Shown here in pieces: positions 1 through 9,685 of a stretch of DNA of 64,000 nucleotides; the stretch's first letter is position 1, and every line of letters starts with the position of its first letter. Source of the DNA: an uncultured Chloroflexia bacterium (lineage in GTDB: Bacteria; Chloroflexota; Limnocylindria; Limnocylindrales; CSP1-4); the NCBI GenBank assembly GCA_963746845.1, contig CAVVCZ010000007.1:64001-128000 (forward strand). Direction: 5' to 3'. Under the pieces are notes generated by a model. That model did no database searches. It saw nothing but the letters and a program-made list of their open reading frames with translations, and had not been told where the DNA came from. The position numbers and the translations under genes were made by a program.

Positions 1-1
1 G

Positions 2-1768
2 CGGGCCGGGCTCCGACCACAGGCCTTCCGCGCGTCGATGACGGCCGCCCAGGCGGCCAGTCGGATCTCCGCGCGGCAGGAGGCCTACGAGCTGTACCGG
101 AGGGCCGTCGACAACATGCCGCCGGACCTGCCGATCACCGAACAGGCCCAGCTGTACTCATCGGTCGCCGGAGCCGCGGGGGCGATCGAGCTGAACCAGG
201 AGTGCTACGACGCCGCGGCCATGGCGCGCGCGCTGTGGCTGGAGGCGGGACGCCCGCTCGAGGCAGCGGAGATGCTTGGCTCGATGTCCGTTCTCACCGC
301 GCGCGACGGCTCGCCCGCCGATCAGCTCCGCGCGATGGCCGAGCAGGCGCTGGCCGAGATCCAGGACTTGCCCGTGACGCGCGAGCGGGAGGTCGTGCGG
401 GGATCCCTCCTGAGCTCGGTGGCCGCGAACTTCCTGTGGGCCTCGGATCTCGAGTCTGCCCGGACGACCGCCATGTCCGCGCGCGAGCTGTCGGACTCGG
501 TCGGCGACCGCGAGACCGCCCTCGAAGCGGAGCTGTGCCTGGCCCGGATCGACATCGCTGCCGGTCGGATCGAGCAGGGCCTGTCGGACGGGATGCGCGC
601 GGCTCGGGAGGCGCGCGATGCCGGCTACGAGAGCGTCGGGGTGACCGGCTACCGAAACCTGGCGATCATGGCCGCCCGGGTCATGGACCACGGCTCGGCG
701 AAGGTCGCAATCGGAGAGGGCCTCCAGTACGCCGACGCGATCGAGCAATCCCATTGCCGCCAGATGATCGCGACGACATTGGCGATCCTCGACTGGGCGG
801 CAGGAAACTGGGAAGACGCGGACGCGCGTGCCCGCCAGGAGCTCGTCGACCGCGGCTGCCGTCGGGGGGTCATCGGGGCGCTCGATGCGATCGGCCTGGT
901 GGCGCTCGGGCACGGCCGATTGGATGAGGCCCGCCGCTGGCTGGACGAGTCGCTGGACACGGGCAAGGGGATCGGCGAGGCGCAGCTGATCCTCACGCCG
1001 TTGTGGGGCCTGGCCGAGGTGGACCTCGCGGCCGGCAGTCCGGCCGACGCCGTCGCCCGCTGCGGGCAGGCGCTCGACATCGTCGGGCGCGCGGACGAGC
1101 GGGCGCTCCTCATCCCATTCGTGGTGACCGGGACCCGGGCGTTGCTCGCCGCCCGGCGGCCGGACGACGCGGAGCGCTGGCTGGCGACGATGCGGGACGA
1201 GCTGGTGGGCTGGGAGGCCGTGGCGGAGCCGGCCCTCGCCCACGCCGATGGGCTCGTGAAGCTGGCGGCCGGTTCGCTGTCCGCAGGGCGTGAGGCGTTC
1301 GAGATCGCGATCCGCGGCTGGGACGAGCGACGCCGCTTCTGGGAGGCGTCCTGGGCGCGGCTCGACCTGGCCCACGCGCTCATTCGTTCGAACCGCTACG
1401 GCGAGGCGTCGACGCTCGTGGTCCAGGTCCGGACGCGGGCCGAGATCGTCGAGAGCCCCGCCCTCATGGCCCGGGCCGACGAGCTGGCCCGGATCGGGCG
1501 CGGGCGGGGCACGACCGAGGAGCCGTGGCATCCGCTGACCGCCCGCGAATTCGAGGTCGCCCGGCTGATCGCGGAGGGTCTCACGAACGGCGAGATCGCC
1601 GAACAGCTCGACATCGCGCCGAAGACGGCCAGCTCGCACGTCGAGCACATCCTCGCGAAGCTCGGGGTCACGCGCCGGGCGGAGATCGCAGCCTGGACGG
1701 CGACGGTCAATCGGCCGGTCGCGGCAGACCGCACCGGCGGCGGCACGGCCGTCGCCACCCGCCGCTAG
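2..1768 (+). CDS. LuxR-family regulator (TPR-like helical region + C-terminal LuxR HTH), 5'-truncated by window
   Basis: Frame open to the window edge; C-terminal LTAREFEVARLIAEGLTNGEIAEQLDIAPKTASSHVEHILAKLG is a LuxR HTH. Confidence 0.9.
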   Translation, partial: RAGLRPQAFRASMTAAQAASRISARQEAYELYRRAVDNMPPDLPITEQAQLYSSVAGAAGAIELNQECYDAAAMARALWLEAGRPLEAAEMLGSMSVLTARDGSPADQLRAMAEQALAEIQDLPVTREREVVRGSLLSSVAANFLWASDLESARTTAMSARELSDSVGDRETALEAELCLARIDIAAGRIEQGLSDGMRAAREARDAGYESVGVTGYRNLAIMAARVMDHGSAKVAIGEGLQYADAIEQSHCRQMIATTLAILDWAAGNWEDADARARQELVDRGCRRGVIGALDAIGLVALGHGRLDEARRWLDESLDTGKGIGEAQLILTPLWGLAEVDLAAGSPADAVARCGQALDIVGRADERALLIPFVVTGTRALLAARRPDDAERWLATMRDELVGWEAVAEPALAHADGLVKLAAGSLSAGREAFEIAIRGWDERRRFWEASWARLDLAHALIRSNRYGEASTLVVQVRTRAEIVESPALMARADELARIGRGRGTTEEPWHPLTAREFEVARLIAEGLTNGEIAEQLDIAPKTASSHVEHILAKLGVTRRAEIAAWTATVNRPVAADRTGGGTAVATRR

Positions 1769-1843
1769 GGACGACCCGCTCCGCCTCTCGCCGCGACTCG
1801 GAATCCGTCGTCCCGAAGACTCCCGCTGCCCGCCCGGAATCGA

Positions 1844-1881
1844 GATCGGGTGGCGACACCGATGCGCGTCACCACCCGATC
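1844..1881. terminator. GC hairpin between convergent genes (probable bidirectional terminator)
   Basis: GATCGGGTGG (1844-1853) pairs with CCACCCGATC (1872-1881); no U-tract. Confidence 0.45.
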
Positions 1882-1899
1882 CGGACCCCCCGTCCCCGA

Positions 1900-2148
1900 T
1901 CAGACCTCGATCGGGAGCTCGTAGATCTCGGGCGTCGGATGGCCGGCCCGCTCGTGGACGCGCATCACGGCTTCCCTGGACGGGCCGGTCGCGAGGCAGA
2001 ACACCTTGCCGGACTCCGGATCGAGCCAGGCTCGCTCGTAGTGCACGCCTTCCTCGCCCTCGAGCTCGAGGTCGCGCTGATGCGCCTCCAGCAGCTGCTG
2101 TCGGGTGACGCCGACAAAGCCGTTGTGGATGTCCATGAACGTCGCCAC
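1900..2148 (-). CDS. DUF4242 / SCO4226-like small metal-binding protein
   Basis: FMDIH...EAHQRDL...GVHYERAWLD..GKVFCL..GPSREAVMRVHERAGH pattern; GGAGG SD upstream. Confidence 0.85.
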   Translation of the reverse strand: MATFMDIHNGFVGVTRQQLLEAHQRDLELEGEEGVHYERAWLDPESGKVFCLATGPSREAVMRVHERAGHPTPEIYELPIEV

Positions 2149-2226
2149 CGCGGATCCTCCGTTCGGTTCAGGCTGATCGACGACCGTCGATCGATGCCCT
2201 GACGATCGCGTCCACCGGGACGTCGG

Positions 2227-2248
2227 TCATCGGTCAATCGCCCGATGA
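2227..2248. promoter_or_regulatory. 22-bp dyad, candidate LuxR-type operator upstream of DUF4242 gene
   Basis: TCATCGG-N8-CCGATGA inverted repeat about 80 nt upstream of the start. Confidence 0.5.
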
Positions 2249-2306
2249 GCGGTGGGATTCACGCGACCGACGGATGACCGACCGGCGGGGCCGGTCGCCG
2301 TCGGCC

Positions 2307-3749
2307 CTACCCGGCGTCGAGGCGCGCCCGCGCGGCCGCGATCGCCGCCGCCACCCGTCCCGGGGCCGTCCCGCCGGTGATGTCGGCCGCGGCGAGCGAT
2401 CCCTCGACGGTCGCCGCGGACAGGAGGCTCGCCCCGATCCCGGGCTCCGCGGCAAGCGTGCGCGCCGTCGCGTCGTCGGAGGCCCCCAGCAGCGTCTCGA
2501 GGGCGGCCGGCGGCAGGTCCGCGAGCCGGCTCACGCCGTCCCGCTCGGCCCCCGCGACCAGCGCCCCCACGACGTGGTGGGCGGCACGGAACGGCACGCC
2601 GCGCCGGACGAGCGCGTCGGCCAGGGTTGTCGCCGTCGTATAGCCCTCGGCCGCCGCGGACGCCATCGCGGCCCGATCGATCGCGAGCGTCGTCACAAGC
2701 CCGGCCATGACCGCGAGCGATGCCTCCGCCGTCGCGACCGCGGCGAAGAGCGGCGGCTTGTCCTCCTGGAGGTCGCGCTGGTAGCCGAGCGGCAGGCCCT
2801 TGAGCAGGGTCAGGACACCCGCGACGGCAGCGATCGTTGCCGCCGTCCGGCCGCGGACGAGCTCGGCCGGGTCCGGGTTCCGCTTGTTCGGCATCATCGA
2901 GCTCCCCGTCGAGTACGCCTCTGCGACCCGGATGAACCCGAAGCGCGGGTTCGACCACCAGGCGATCTCCTCGGCGAGCCGGCTCAGGTGGACCATCGCC
3001 AACGCGATCGCCGCCAGCGTCTCGACGACGAAGTCGCGGTCCCCGACTGCATCGAGCGAATTCGCGGTGACCCCGTCGAACCCGAGCTCCGCGGCCGTGG
3101 CCTCGCGGTCGATCGGGTAGCCCGCACCGGCCAGCGCCCCGCTGCCGAGCGGGCTCACGTTCAGCCGGCGCCGCGCGTCCGCCAGGCGTCCGCGATCGCG
3201 CTCGGCCATCTCGACGTAGGCGAGCAGGTGGTGGCCGAACAGCACCGGCTGGGCCGGCTGGGTGTGGGTCGATCCGGGCAGGACCGCGTCCCCGTCGCGC
3301 TCGGCGAGCCCGACGAGGGCGTCCTCGAACGCAAGGAGCCCGGCATCGAGCCGGTCGATCGCCCGGCGCGTCCAGAGCCGGAGATCCGTTGCGACCTGGT
3401 CATTGCGCGACCGACCGGTGTGGAGCCGACCGGCGACGGGTCCGATCCGCTCGGTCAGCGCCGCCTCGAGGTTCAGGTGGACGTCCTCGAGGGCCGGATC
3501 CCAGCGCAGCTCGCCGCCGACGACGTCGCGCCGGAGGTCCTGGAGCCCGGCAACGAGCGTCGCCACGTCCGCATCGTCGAGGATCCCGGCGCGGCCGAGA
3601 CCGCGGACATGGGCGATCGACCCGTCGAGGTCGTCGAGGGCGAGCTCCGCGTCGACGTGAATCGAGCGTCCGAACGCGGCCGCCCGCTCGGCGGCGTCGT
3701 CGTCGATGCCGTCGCCCCCAGCCGTGAACCGCCCGCCCCACAGTCGCAT
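2307..3749 (-). CDS. argH: argininosuccinate lyase
   Basis: LWGGRF N-terminus, HTGRSRNDQ, STGSSMMPNKRNPD, YQRDLQEDK motifs. Confidence 0.96.
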   Translation of the reverse strand: MRLWGGRFTAGGDGIDDDAAERAAAFGRSIHVDAELALDDLDGSIAHVRGLGRAGILDDADVATLVAGLQDLRRDVVGGELRWDPALEDVHLNLEAALTERIGPVAGRLHTGRSRNDQVATDLRLWTRRAIDRLDAGLLAFEDALVGLAERDGDAVLPGSTHTQPAQPVLFGHHLLAYVEMAERDRGRLADARRRLNVSPLGSGALAGAGYPIDREATAAELGFDGVTANSLDAVGDRDFVVETLAAIALAMVHLSRLAEEIAWWSNPRFGFIRVAEAYSTGSSMMPNKRNPDPAELVRGRTAATIAAVAGVLTLLKGLPLGYQRDLQEDKPPLFAAVATAEASLAVMAGLVTTLAIDRAAMASAAAEGYTTATTLADALVRRGVPFRAAHHVVGALVAGAERDGVSRLADLPPAALETLLGASDDATARTLAAEPGIGASLLSAATVEGSLAAADITGGTAPGRVAAAIAAARARLDAG

Positions 3750-3921
3750 GGCGGCAATCATGCCGCGATCCGACAGGGTTGGGCGGGATGATCGCGTCGA
3801 GCCGGTACCGCCGACCTGCAACGGCGGTGCCGGCCGGTGTGTTCCGACGGGTAGAGCGGCCCCTTCCCCTCCGCAGGTTGGATCAGTAGACTAGGCCAAC
3901 CGCATCGCGAACCGAGGAACC

Positions 3922-4887
3922 ATGACCACGCGCAGCTCCCGGATCGACTGGCTGATCTTCATCGCCCTTGGCTTCTTCTGGGGCAGCAGCTACCTGTTCA
4001 TCAAGATCGGGGTCGACCACGGTCTCGAGCCGTTCACGCTGATCATGTTCCGGCTGCTGATCGGGTTCATCCTGCTCGCCTCGGTCGTCGCGATCGCCCG
4101 CCAGCCGCTCCCCCGCGACCCGCGGACGTACGGTCACCTGCTGGTCATGGGCACGATCAACATCGCGATCCCGTTCGCCCTGATCACCTTTGCCGAGCAG
4201 ACGGTCGACTCGTCGCTCGCGTCCGTCATCAACAGCGCCGTGCCGCTGTTCGTGATCGTCCTGGCGGCGATCTTCCTGCCCGGCGAGACGATCACCGTCA
4301 ACCGCCTGGCCGGGCTCGGGATCGGGTTCGTCGGCGTCGCGATCCTCGTCGGGTTCGACGTGTCGGCGCTCGGCGGCTCCAACGTCACGGGTGAGCTCGC
4401 CCTCATCCTCGCGACGATCTCGTATGCCGCCGGCAACGTCTACGCGAAGCGCAACATCCACGGTCTGCGCCCGATGATCCCGGCCGTCTTCCAGGTGTTC
4501 TTCGGGCTGCTCGTGACGAGCTCCCTCGCCTTCACGACCGAGCGCCCGCTCGCGGTCGACTGGTCGCCCGAGGCCGTCCTCGCCGTCGTCTGGCTCGGGC
4601 TGCTCGGCTCCGGACTCGCCTATCTGTGCTACTTCCGGATCCTCCAGCGATGGGGCGCGACGCGAACCTCGCTCGTCGCCTACCTCCTGCCGGTCTGGGG
4701 GATCGCTCTCGGCTCGATCGTCCTGAGCGAGCCGATCGCCGCGACGACGCTCGTGGGGACGGCGCTGATCATCGGCGGGATCGCGCTGGTGAACTCCCGG
4801 TACGGCACGCGGGCACTCTACGTCCGGGGTGGCCCGGCCGTGCCGGCGACGGCCGTCCACGCTCCGCAGCCGGAGGCGCGGCCCTAG
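3922..4887 (+). CDS. EamA/DMT family transporter
   Basis: 10-TM pattern, FWGSSYLFIK, two EamA repeats; GAGGA SD. Confidence 0.9.
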   Translation: MTTRSSRIDWLIFIALGFFWGSSYLFIKIGVDHGLEPFTLIMFRLLIGFILLASVVAIARQPLPRDPRTYGHLLVMGTINIAIPFALITFAEQTVDSSLASVINSAVPLFVIVLAAIFLPGETITVNRLAGLGIGFVGVAILVGFDVSALGGSNVTGELALILATISYAAGNVYAKRNIHGLRPMIPAVFQVFFGLLVTSSLAFTTERPLAVDWSPEAVLAVVWLGLLGSGLAYLCYFRILQRWGATRTSLVAYLLPVWGIALGSIVLSEPIAATTLVGTALIIGGIALVNSRYGTRALYVRGGPAVPATAVHAPQPEARP

Positions 4888-4896
4888 CCCGGCCGG

Positions 4897-6039
4897 TCAT
4901 CCGACCCTGACGATCTCGACGGCCGGTGATTCCCCGCGATCCTCGACCGGGATCGCGCCGAGCGTGGCTCCGCTCGCCTCGGGGATCGTGTCGTTGATGA
5001 ACAGCCCGGTCGCGGTCTCGACCGACGCCCGGACCTTCAGGAGGTCGGCGGTCCGGTGGGGCGGGGAGAACTCGATCGAGAGGTGCCAGTCGTCGGCGCC
5101 GTTCGGGGCCTCCTGGACGACCATCAGGTACGGCAGCTCGAACCCGAACAGGCCGTCGTAGCGGAGGACGAGGCGGCGCAGGATCCGGGCGAGCTCCACG
5201 CGCTCGCCGGGGTCCAGGTCGCCGAGCCGGCGGGCGCCGTGCCGGCGGGCCCGGACGTGGACCTCGAACGGCCAGCGCGGGGCGAACGGGACGCCCACCG
5301 CGAACGCCCCCGAGGCCTCGATCGTCCGGGCTCCGGCGGCCGCGACGTCCGCCTCCGTCTCGCCGGCCGGGCCCGGCTCCGTGAGCGAACATCCGAGACA
5401 GCCGCCCGTCCGCGCCCGGTGACCCGCGAGCGCCTCCACCCGGGCGGCGATGAGCGACGGCACCCGGTCGAACGCGTAGATCTGGCCGTGCGGGTGCGAC
5501 AGGGTCGCCCCGACGGCGGCGCCGCGGTTCTCGAAGATCAGGACGAACGCGTGACGCGGATCCGACCAGAGATCGCGCGAGCGGTCGGCCCAGATCGCGA
5601 CGAGCCGGGCCAGCGCGTCAGGGTCGAGGGTCGCGAGGGAGCCCTCGTGGCGGTCCGTGTACAGGACGACCTCGCAGCGACCGAACGACGGGGCGACGCC
5701 GGTCAGGTCCGGCGGCGGCGGCGGGTCCGGCTCGAGCGACGGGAACCGGTTCTCGAAGACCGCGGCGTCGTAGGCGAACGGGACCTCCGGGCCGCCCGGG
5801 CAGAGCGGACAGGCCGGTCCGGAGCCGCCCGGGGCCGCTGAGGCGTCGGGCCGGGTGTTGCGCGCCGGCGAGATCGCGACCCAGCCGTCCGTCAGCGCGT
5901 CGTGGCGCAGGTGGAGGCCGGTCGGGCCCTCCGCTGCGGGCGCGGCCGCCTGGCTCTCGTCGAGCGTGCCGCGAAGGGGGCCGTACACGTAGAGGCGGCG
6001 TCCGTCCGCATGCCGCAGGAGGTGTCGCTCGACGGTCAC
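4897..6039 (-). CDS. galT: galactose-1-phosphate uridylyltransferase
   Basis: CPLCPG, FENRFPSL, FENRGAAVGATLSHPHGQIY (HPH motif). Confidence 0.93.
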   Translation of the reverse strand: MTVERHLLRHADGRRLYVYGPLRGTLDESQAAAPAAEGPTGLHLRHDALTDGWVAISPARNTRPDASAAPGGSGPACPLCPGGPEVPFAYDAAVFENRFPSLEPDPPPPPDLTGVAPSFGRCEVVLYTDRHEGSLATLDPDALARLVAIWADRSRDLWSDPRHAFVLIFENRGAAVGATLSHPHGQIYAFDRVPSLIAARVEALAGHRARTGGCLGCSLTEPGPAGETEADVAAAGARTIEASGAFAVGVPFAPRWPFEVHVRARRHGARRLGDLDPGERVELARILRRLVLRYDGLFGFELPYLMVVQEAPNGADDWHLSIEFSPPHRTADLLKVRASVETATGLFINDTIPEASGATLGAIPVEDRGESPAVEIVRVG

Positions 6040-7250
6040 GTCCCCACCCCGGCCCCGACGGGATCGACGGCGCCCGCCCCACCGGCCGCGGCCACCACGA
6101 AGACTCGCGGGTGCAGCCCGGTCCGCCGCTCGTAGTCGCGCTCGACCGCCTCACGCAGGTCGGCGACCGCGGCGGGCCGCACCAGGTTGATCGTGCAGCC
6201 CCCGAACCCGGCACCGGTCAGCCGGGCCGCGACGACCCCGGGCGTCTCGGTCGCGATCTCGACGAGCGTGTCGAGCGGGATGGACGACACCTCGTACAGT
6301 CGCCGGAGCGAGTCGTGGCTCTCGGCGAACAGGCGGCCGACCGTCTCCAGGTCGCCGGTGACGAGCGCCGCGCACGTCGCATCGACCCGCGCGATCTCCC
6401 GGACCACGTGCTCCGCCCGGCGCGCGGCCACCCGGTCCGCGGCGGTCAGCTCCGGCAGGACCGCCTCGAGCAGCCCCGGATCGACGTCCCGGAGCGATGT
6501 GATCGCCCGCCCCGTGCCCGCCAGCGCCGCGATCGCCGTCACGGCACGGGCGCACTCCGCCCGGCGATCGTTGTAGGCGGAGCCCGTGAGGGCACGTGGG
6601 GCCCCGGTGTGGCACACGACGAGGACGAGGTCCGCGGGAAGCGGCACCGGGCGCCAGTCCAGCGACCGGCAGTCGAGACGCAGCGCCGCGCCGGCCACGC
6701 CGAACGTGACGGCGAACTGGTCCATCAGCCCGCATTGGACCCCGACGTGCTCGTTCTCGCCGCGCTGCGCGATCCGGGCGAGGGTCATCGGGTCCGTCGC
6801 CGGCGCCTCCCCGCCGGACAGCGCCCAGGCCGATGCCAGCTCGAGCGCCGCCGACGACGACAGGCCGGCCTGCGCCGGCAGGTCGCTGCCCACCACGCCA
6901 ACGAAGCCTCCGACAGGCAGTCCCGCCGCGTCCATCGCCCAGGCGGTGCCCGCCACGTAGTCGATCCAGTGGCCGCGCGCCGGGCCGAGGTCGTCGAGGT
7001 CGATCTCGGCCGTGTCGCCCGCGTCGAGCGAGGTGAGGCGGACGGTCCGCGACACGGTCGGGAGGAGCGCGATCCGGACCTCTCGGTCGATCGCGGCGGG
7101 CAGGACGAGCCCGTCGTTGTAGTCGGTGTGCTCTCCGATCAGGTTGACCCGGCCGGGCGCCCGAACGACCCGGATCGCGTCGCGGCGCCGGGCCGCGTCG
7201 GGCTCGCCGGCGACCAGGGCCCCGATCAACGACCCCGCGAACGCGCTCAT
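6036..7250 (-). CDS. galK: galactokinase
   Basis: APGRVNLIGEHTDYN, GLSSSAA, CGLMDQF, ARLTGAGFGG. Confidence 0.96.
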   Translation of the reverse strand: MSAFAGSLIGALVAGEPDAARRRDAIRVVRAPGRVNLIGEHTDYNDGLVLPAAIDREVRIALLPTVSRTVRLTSLDAGDTAEIDLDDLGPARGHWIDYVAGTAWAMDAAGLPVGGFVGVVGSDLPAQAGLSSSAALELASAWALSGGEAPATDPMTLARIAQRGENEHVGVQCGLMDQFAVTFGVAGAALRLDCRSLDWRPVPLPADLVLVVCHTGAPRALTGSAYNDRRAECARAVTAIAALAGTGRAITSLRDVDPGLLEAVLPELTAADRVAARRAEHVVREIARVDATCAALVTGDLETVGRLFAESHDSLRRLYEVSSIPLDTLVEIATETPGVVAARLTGAGFGGCTINLVRPAAVADLREAVERDYERRTGLHPRVFVVAAAGGAGAVDPVGAGVGT

Positions 7251-8638
7251 CCGCGAGCGCCCTGCCCGTCGGCCACCCCGTCCGCGACGGAGGCGATGAA
7301 GGGCTCGATCGGAGACGCGGCGAGGAGCCGGCGGGTGGTGGTCAGCCCCCAGTCGTCGAGGTCGGCGAGGCGATCGGAGGAGCCGCGAAGCCCGCCGTAG
7401 CGCTCCACGTGCGCCGCCAGGGCTTCACGGTGCTCGACGGCGGGCCGGGCAACGATGCAGTCCGGGTCGTTGACCCAGAACCGGCCATGCTGGAACGCCC
7501 GCCCGGCGCCTGTCACGACCGCGGACCGGCCCCCCGGCTTCGAGAGGTCGCCGTCGTCCGGCTCCCAGTGCGGACCGGTGTCGGGGCTGATCCGCATCGC
7601 GTCGACGAGCCCGACGCTCGGCAGGATCGGTGCCCCGCAGCCGAGCAGGTACGCGTCACCGATCGCGCCGCGGATCAGCTCCATTCCGCTCCGGTACGCC
7701 TGGATCTCGGTGAGGGACCGATCCTGCCGCCGCCCGGGCATCGCGCCCGCGTACAGGAAGTCGATCTTGAAGTAGTCGAACCCGAGACCGCACAGCGTCT
7801 CGAACACGCCGGCGAGCCACGCCCGCGCATCCGCGTGGGTGGTGTCGAGAACCAGCAATCGCTGGTCCCAGTTGTGGCCGGCGTCGACGGGCGCATCGGT
7901 CGCGAGGTCGCGGACCAGCCAGTCGGGATGGAGCCGGGCCGTCTCGGATCGCTCGCCGACGAGGAAGGGCGCCACCCAGATCCCCGCCCGCCGACCGGCC
8001 CCATGGATGCGCCGGACCAGGCCCTCGAGGGACACGAACCGCCCGGACAGCGCCAGCCAGTCGCCGATCTCCGCCTGGTAGCCGTCGTCCAGCTGGACGA
8101 CGTCGATCGGCAGGTCCAGCCGGTCCATCGAGGCCAGGTTCTCGTCCATGTCGGCCTCGGTCACGTCCGTGAAGTAGTGGTACCAGGAGCACCAGACCGT
8201 CGGCGCGCGCCGGATCCCCTTCACTCCGGCCCGGACCGCGAACCAGCCGGCCCAGGCGGCCAGGGCGCGATCGATCCCGCCTTCGGCCGGATGCTGATCG
8301 TGGGTCACGTCGCCGTCGGCCCAGACCTGGATCACGTCCCCGTTCTGCTCCAATCGGATCGATGGCACGATCCGGTCCGCGCGCGCGGCATGGAAGACGT
8401 GGATCTGCTCGGAGGGCGTCGGCTGGACCGCGAGCAGGCCCTCGCCCTGGAACACGCCGGGCGGCACGGCGTCCCCCGGTCGGTAGCCCATGACCCGGCT
8501 CACGGCGTGCCTCGGTCGGGGTGGTTGATCCGTGACGGCCCAGGTCGCCGACGGGCTCCACGACTGCCAGCCATGCTCGAACACGCGCGACGACGCCGGA
8601 TCCACGTGCAGCTCGGCGATCCGTTCGAAGGCACCCAT
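7247..8638 (-). CDS. glycoside hydrolase family 36 (alpha-galactosidase-like)
   Basis: WCSWY, QLDDGYQ, GIWVAPF, YFKIDF, MRISPD, WVNDPD; overlaps galK start. Confidence 0.88.
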   Translation of the reverse strand: MGAFERIAELHVDPASSRVFEHGWQSWSPSATWAVTDQPPRPRHAVSRVMGYRPGDAVPPGVFQGEGLLAVQPTPSEQIHVFHAARADRIVPSIRLEQNGDVIQVWADGDVTHDQHPAEGGIDRALAAWAGWFAVRAGVKGIRRAPTVWCSWYHYFTDVTEADMDENLASMDRLDLPIDVVQLDDGYQAEIGDWLALSGRFVSLEGLVRRIHGAGRRAGIWVAPFLVGERSETARLHPDWLVRDLATDAPVDAGHNWDQRLLVLDTTHADARAWLAGVFETLCGLGFDYFKIDFLYAGAMPGRRQDRSLTEIQAYRSGMELIRGAIGDAYLLGCGAPILPSVGLVDAMRISPDTGPHWEPDDGDLSKPGGRSAVVTGAGRAFQHGRFWVNDPDCIVARPAVEHREALAAHVERYGGLRGSSDRLADLDDWGLTTTRRLLAASPIEPFIASVADGVADGQGARG

Positions 8639-8648
8639 CCCGGCCACG

Positions 8649-9571
8649 CTATCCGAACGCCAGGAGCAGCGCACCGACCAGGACGAGCACGGCCGCGCCG
8701 ATCCGGCGCGCGGCGTCCGCGTTCCCCGTCGCCTCGCGGAGGCGCAACGCACCCCAGCCCGACGCGAGGACGATGGCCGACTCCCGGAGGGGGACGACCG
8801 CCGTCAACGGGGCCACGCCGTAGGCGATCAGGATCAGCAGGTAGGCCGCGAGCGTGATCAGGCCACCGACGGCCGCCCGCGGGACCGAGAACGCGGGGTC
8901 GGGTGGGTCGGGGTCGAGGGCCGGCGTTGCCACGCCGGCCGCCACGCGCGACGCCGCCCATCGGCGATAGATCCACACGTAGCTCCACAGGAACGCGACG
9001 CAGCTGGCCCAGATCAGCGCGGCGTAGGTCCACGCCTCCGTGCCCCTGACCGCCACCGAGTCCACCGCCGAGTAGCACGCGATCGTGACGCCGGTGAGGA
9101 GCGCGAAGCCGGCAGCGCCGGAGCCCGCGCGCCCGTCGGCGTGCAGGTACTGCCACGGCCGCTGGAGCGCGAGCATCCCGACGAGCAGGCACGCGACGCC
9201 GAGGAACCCAACGGTGCCGAGACGCTCGCCGAGAATGACGACGCCGATCGCGACGGCCAGCAATGGCGCCGTGCCGCGGGCGATCGGGTACACGATGGAC
9301 AGGTCGCCGCGTCGGTAGGCGGACGCGAGGAACGCGAAGTACATCGCCTCGAGCAGGCCCGAGACGACCGACAGCCCGAGCGTCTCCGCGGGGATCGCGG
9401 GCCGGCCGATGACCAGCCAGGCGACGAGCGCCGTCGGACACAGGAGCACGGCGGCGGCCGTCATGCCGACCGCGGCCGCCCGGAGCGGATCGCCCGCGGT
9501 CTTGAGCAGAACGTTCCACGTCACGTGGAGTACGGCCGCGCCCGCGACCAGGACGAAGACGACGGGTCCAC
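8649..9571 (-). CDS. EamA/DMT family transporter (probable 1-nt error just after GTG start)
   Basis: AAVLHVTWNVLLK, AYRRGDLSIVYPIARG, PLRESAIV; GTG 9571 preceded by TAGCAT but out of frame by one base in a CCC run. Confidence 0.82.
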
Positions 9572-9685
9572 GGCCGGATGCTAGCCCGGCCGACGATCGT
9601 GGGACGCGTCCCCGGTCGCAGCTCGTCGCCGGCGCCGGACTCGAAACAGCGGGTGCCGGACGATCCGGCGCCCGCTTCACGTTCG

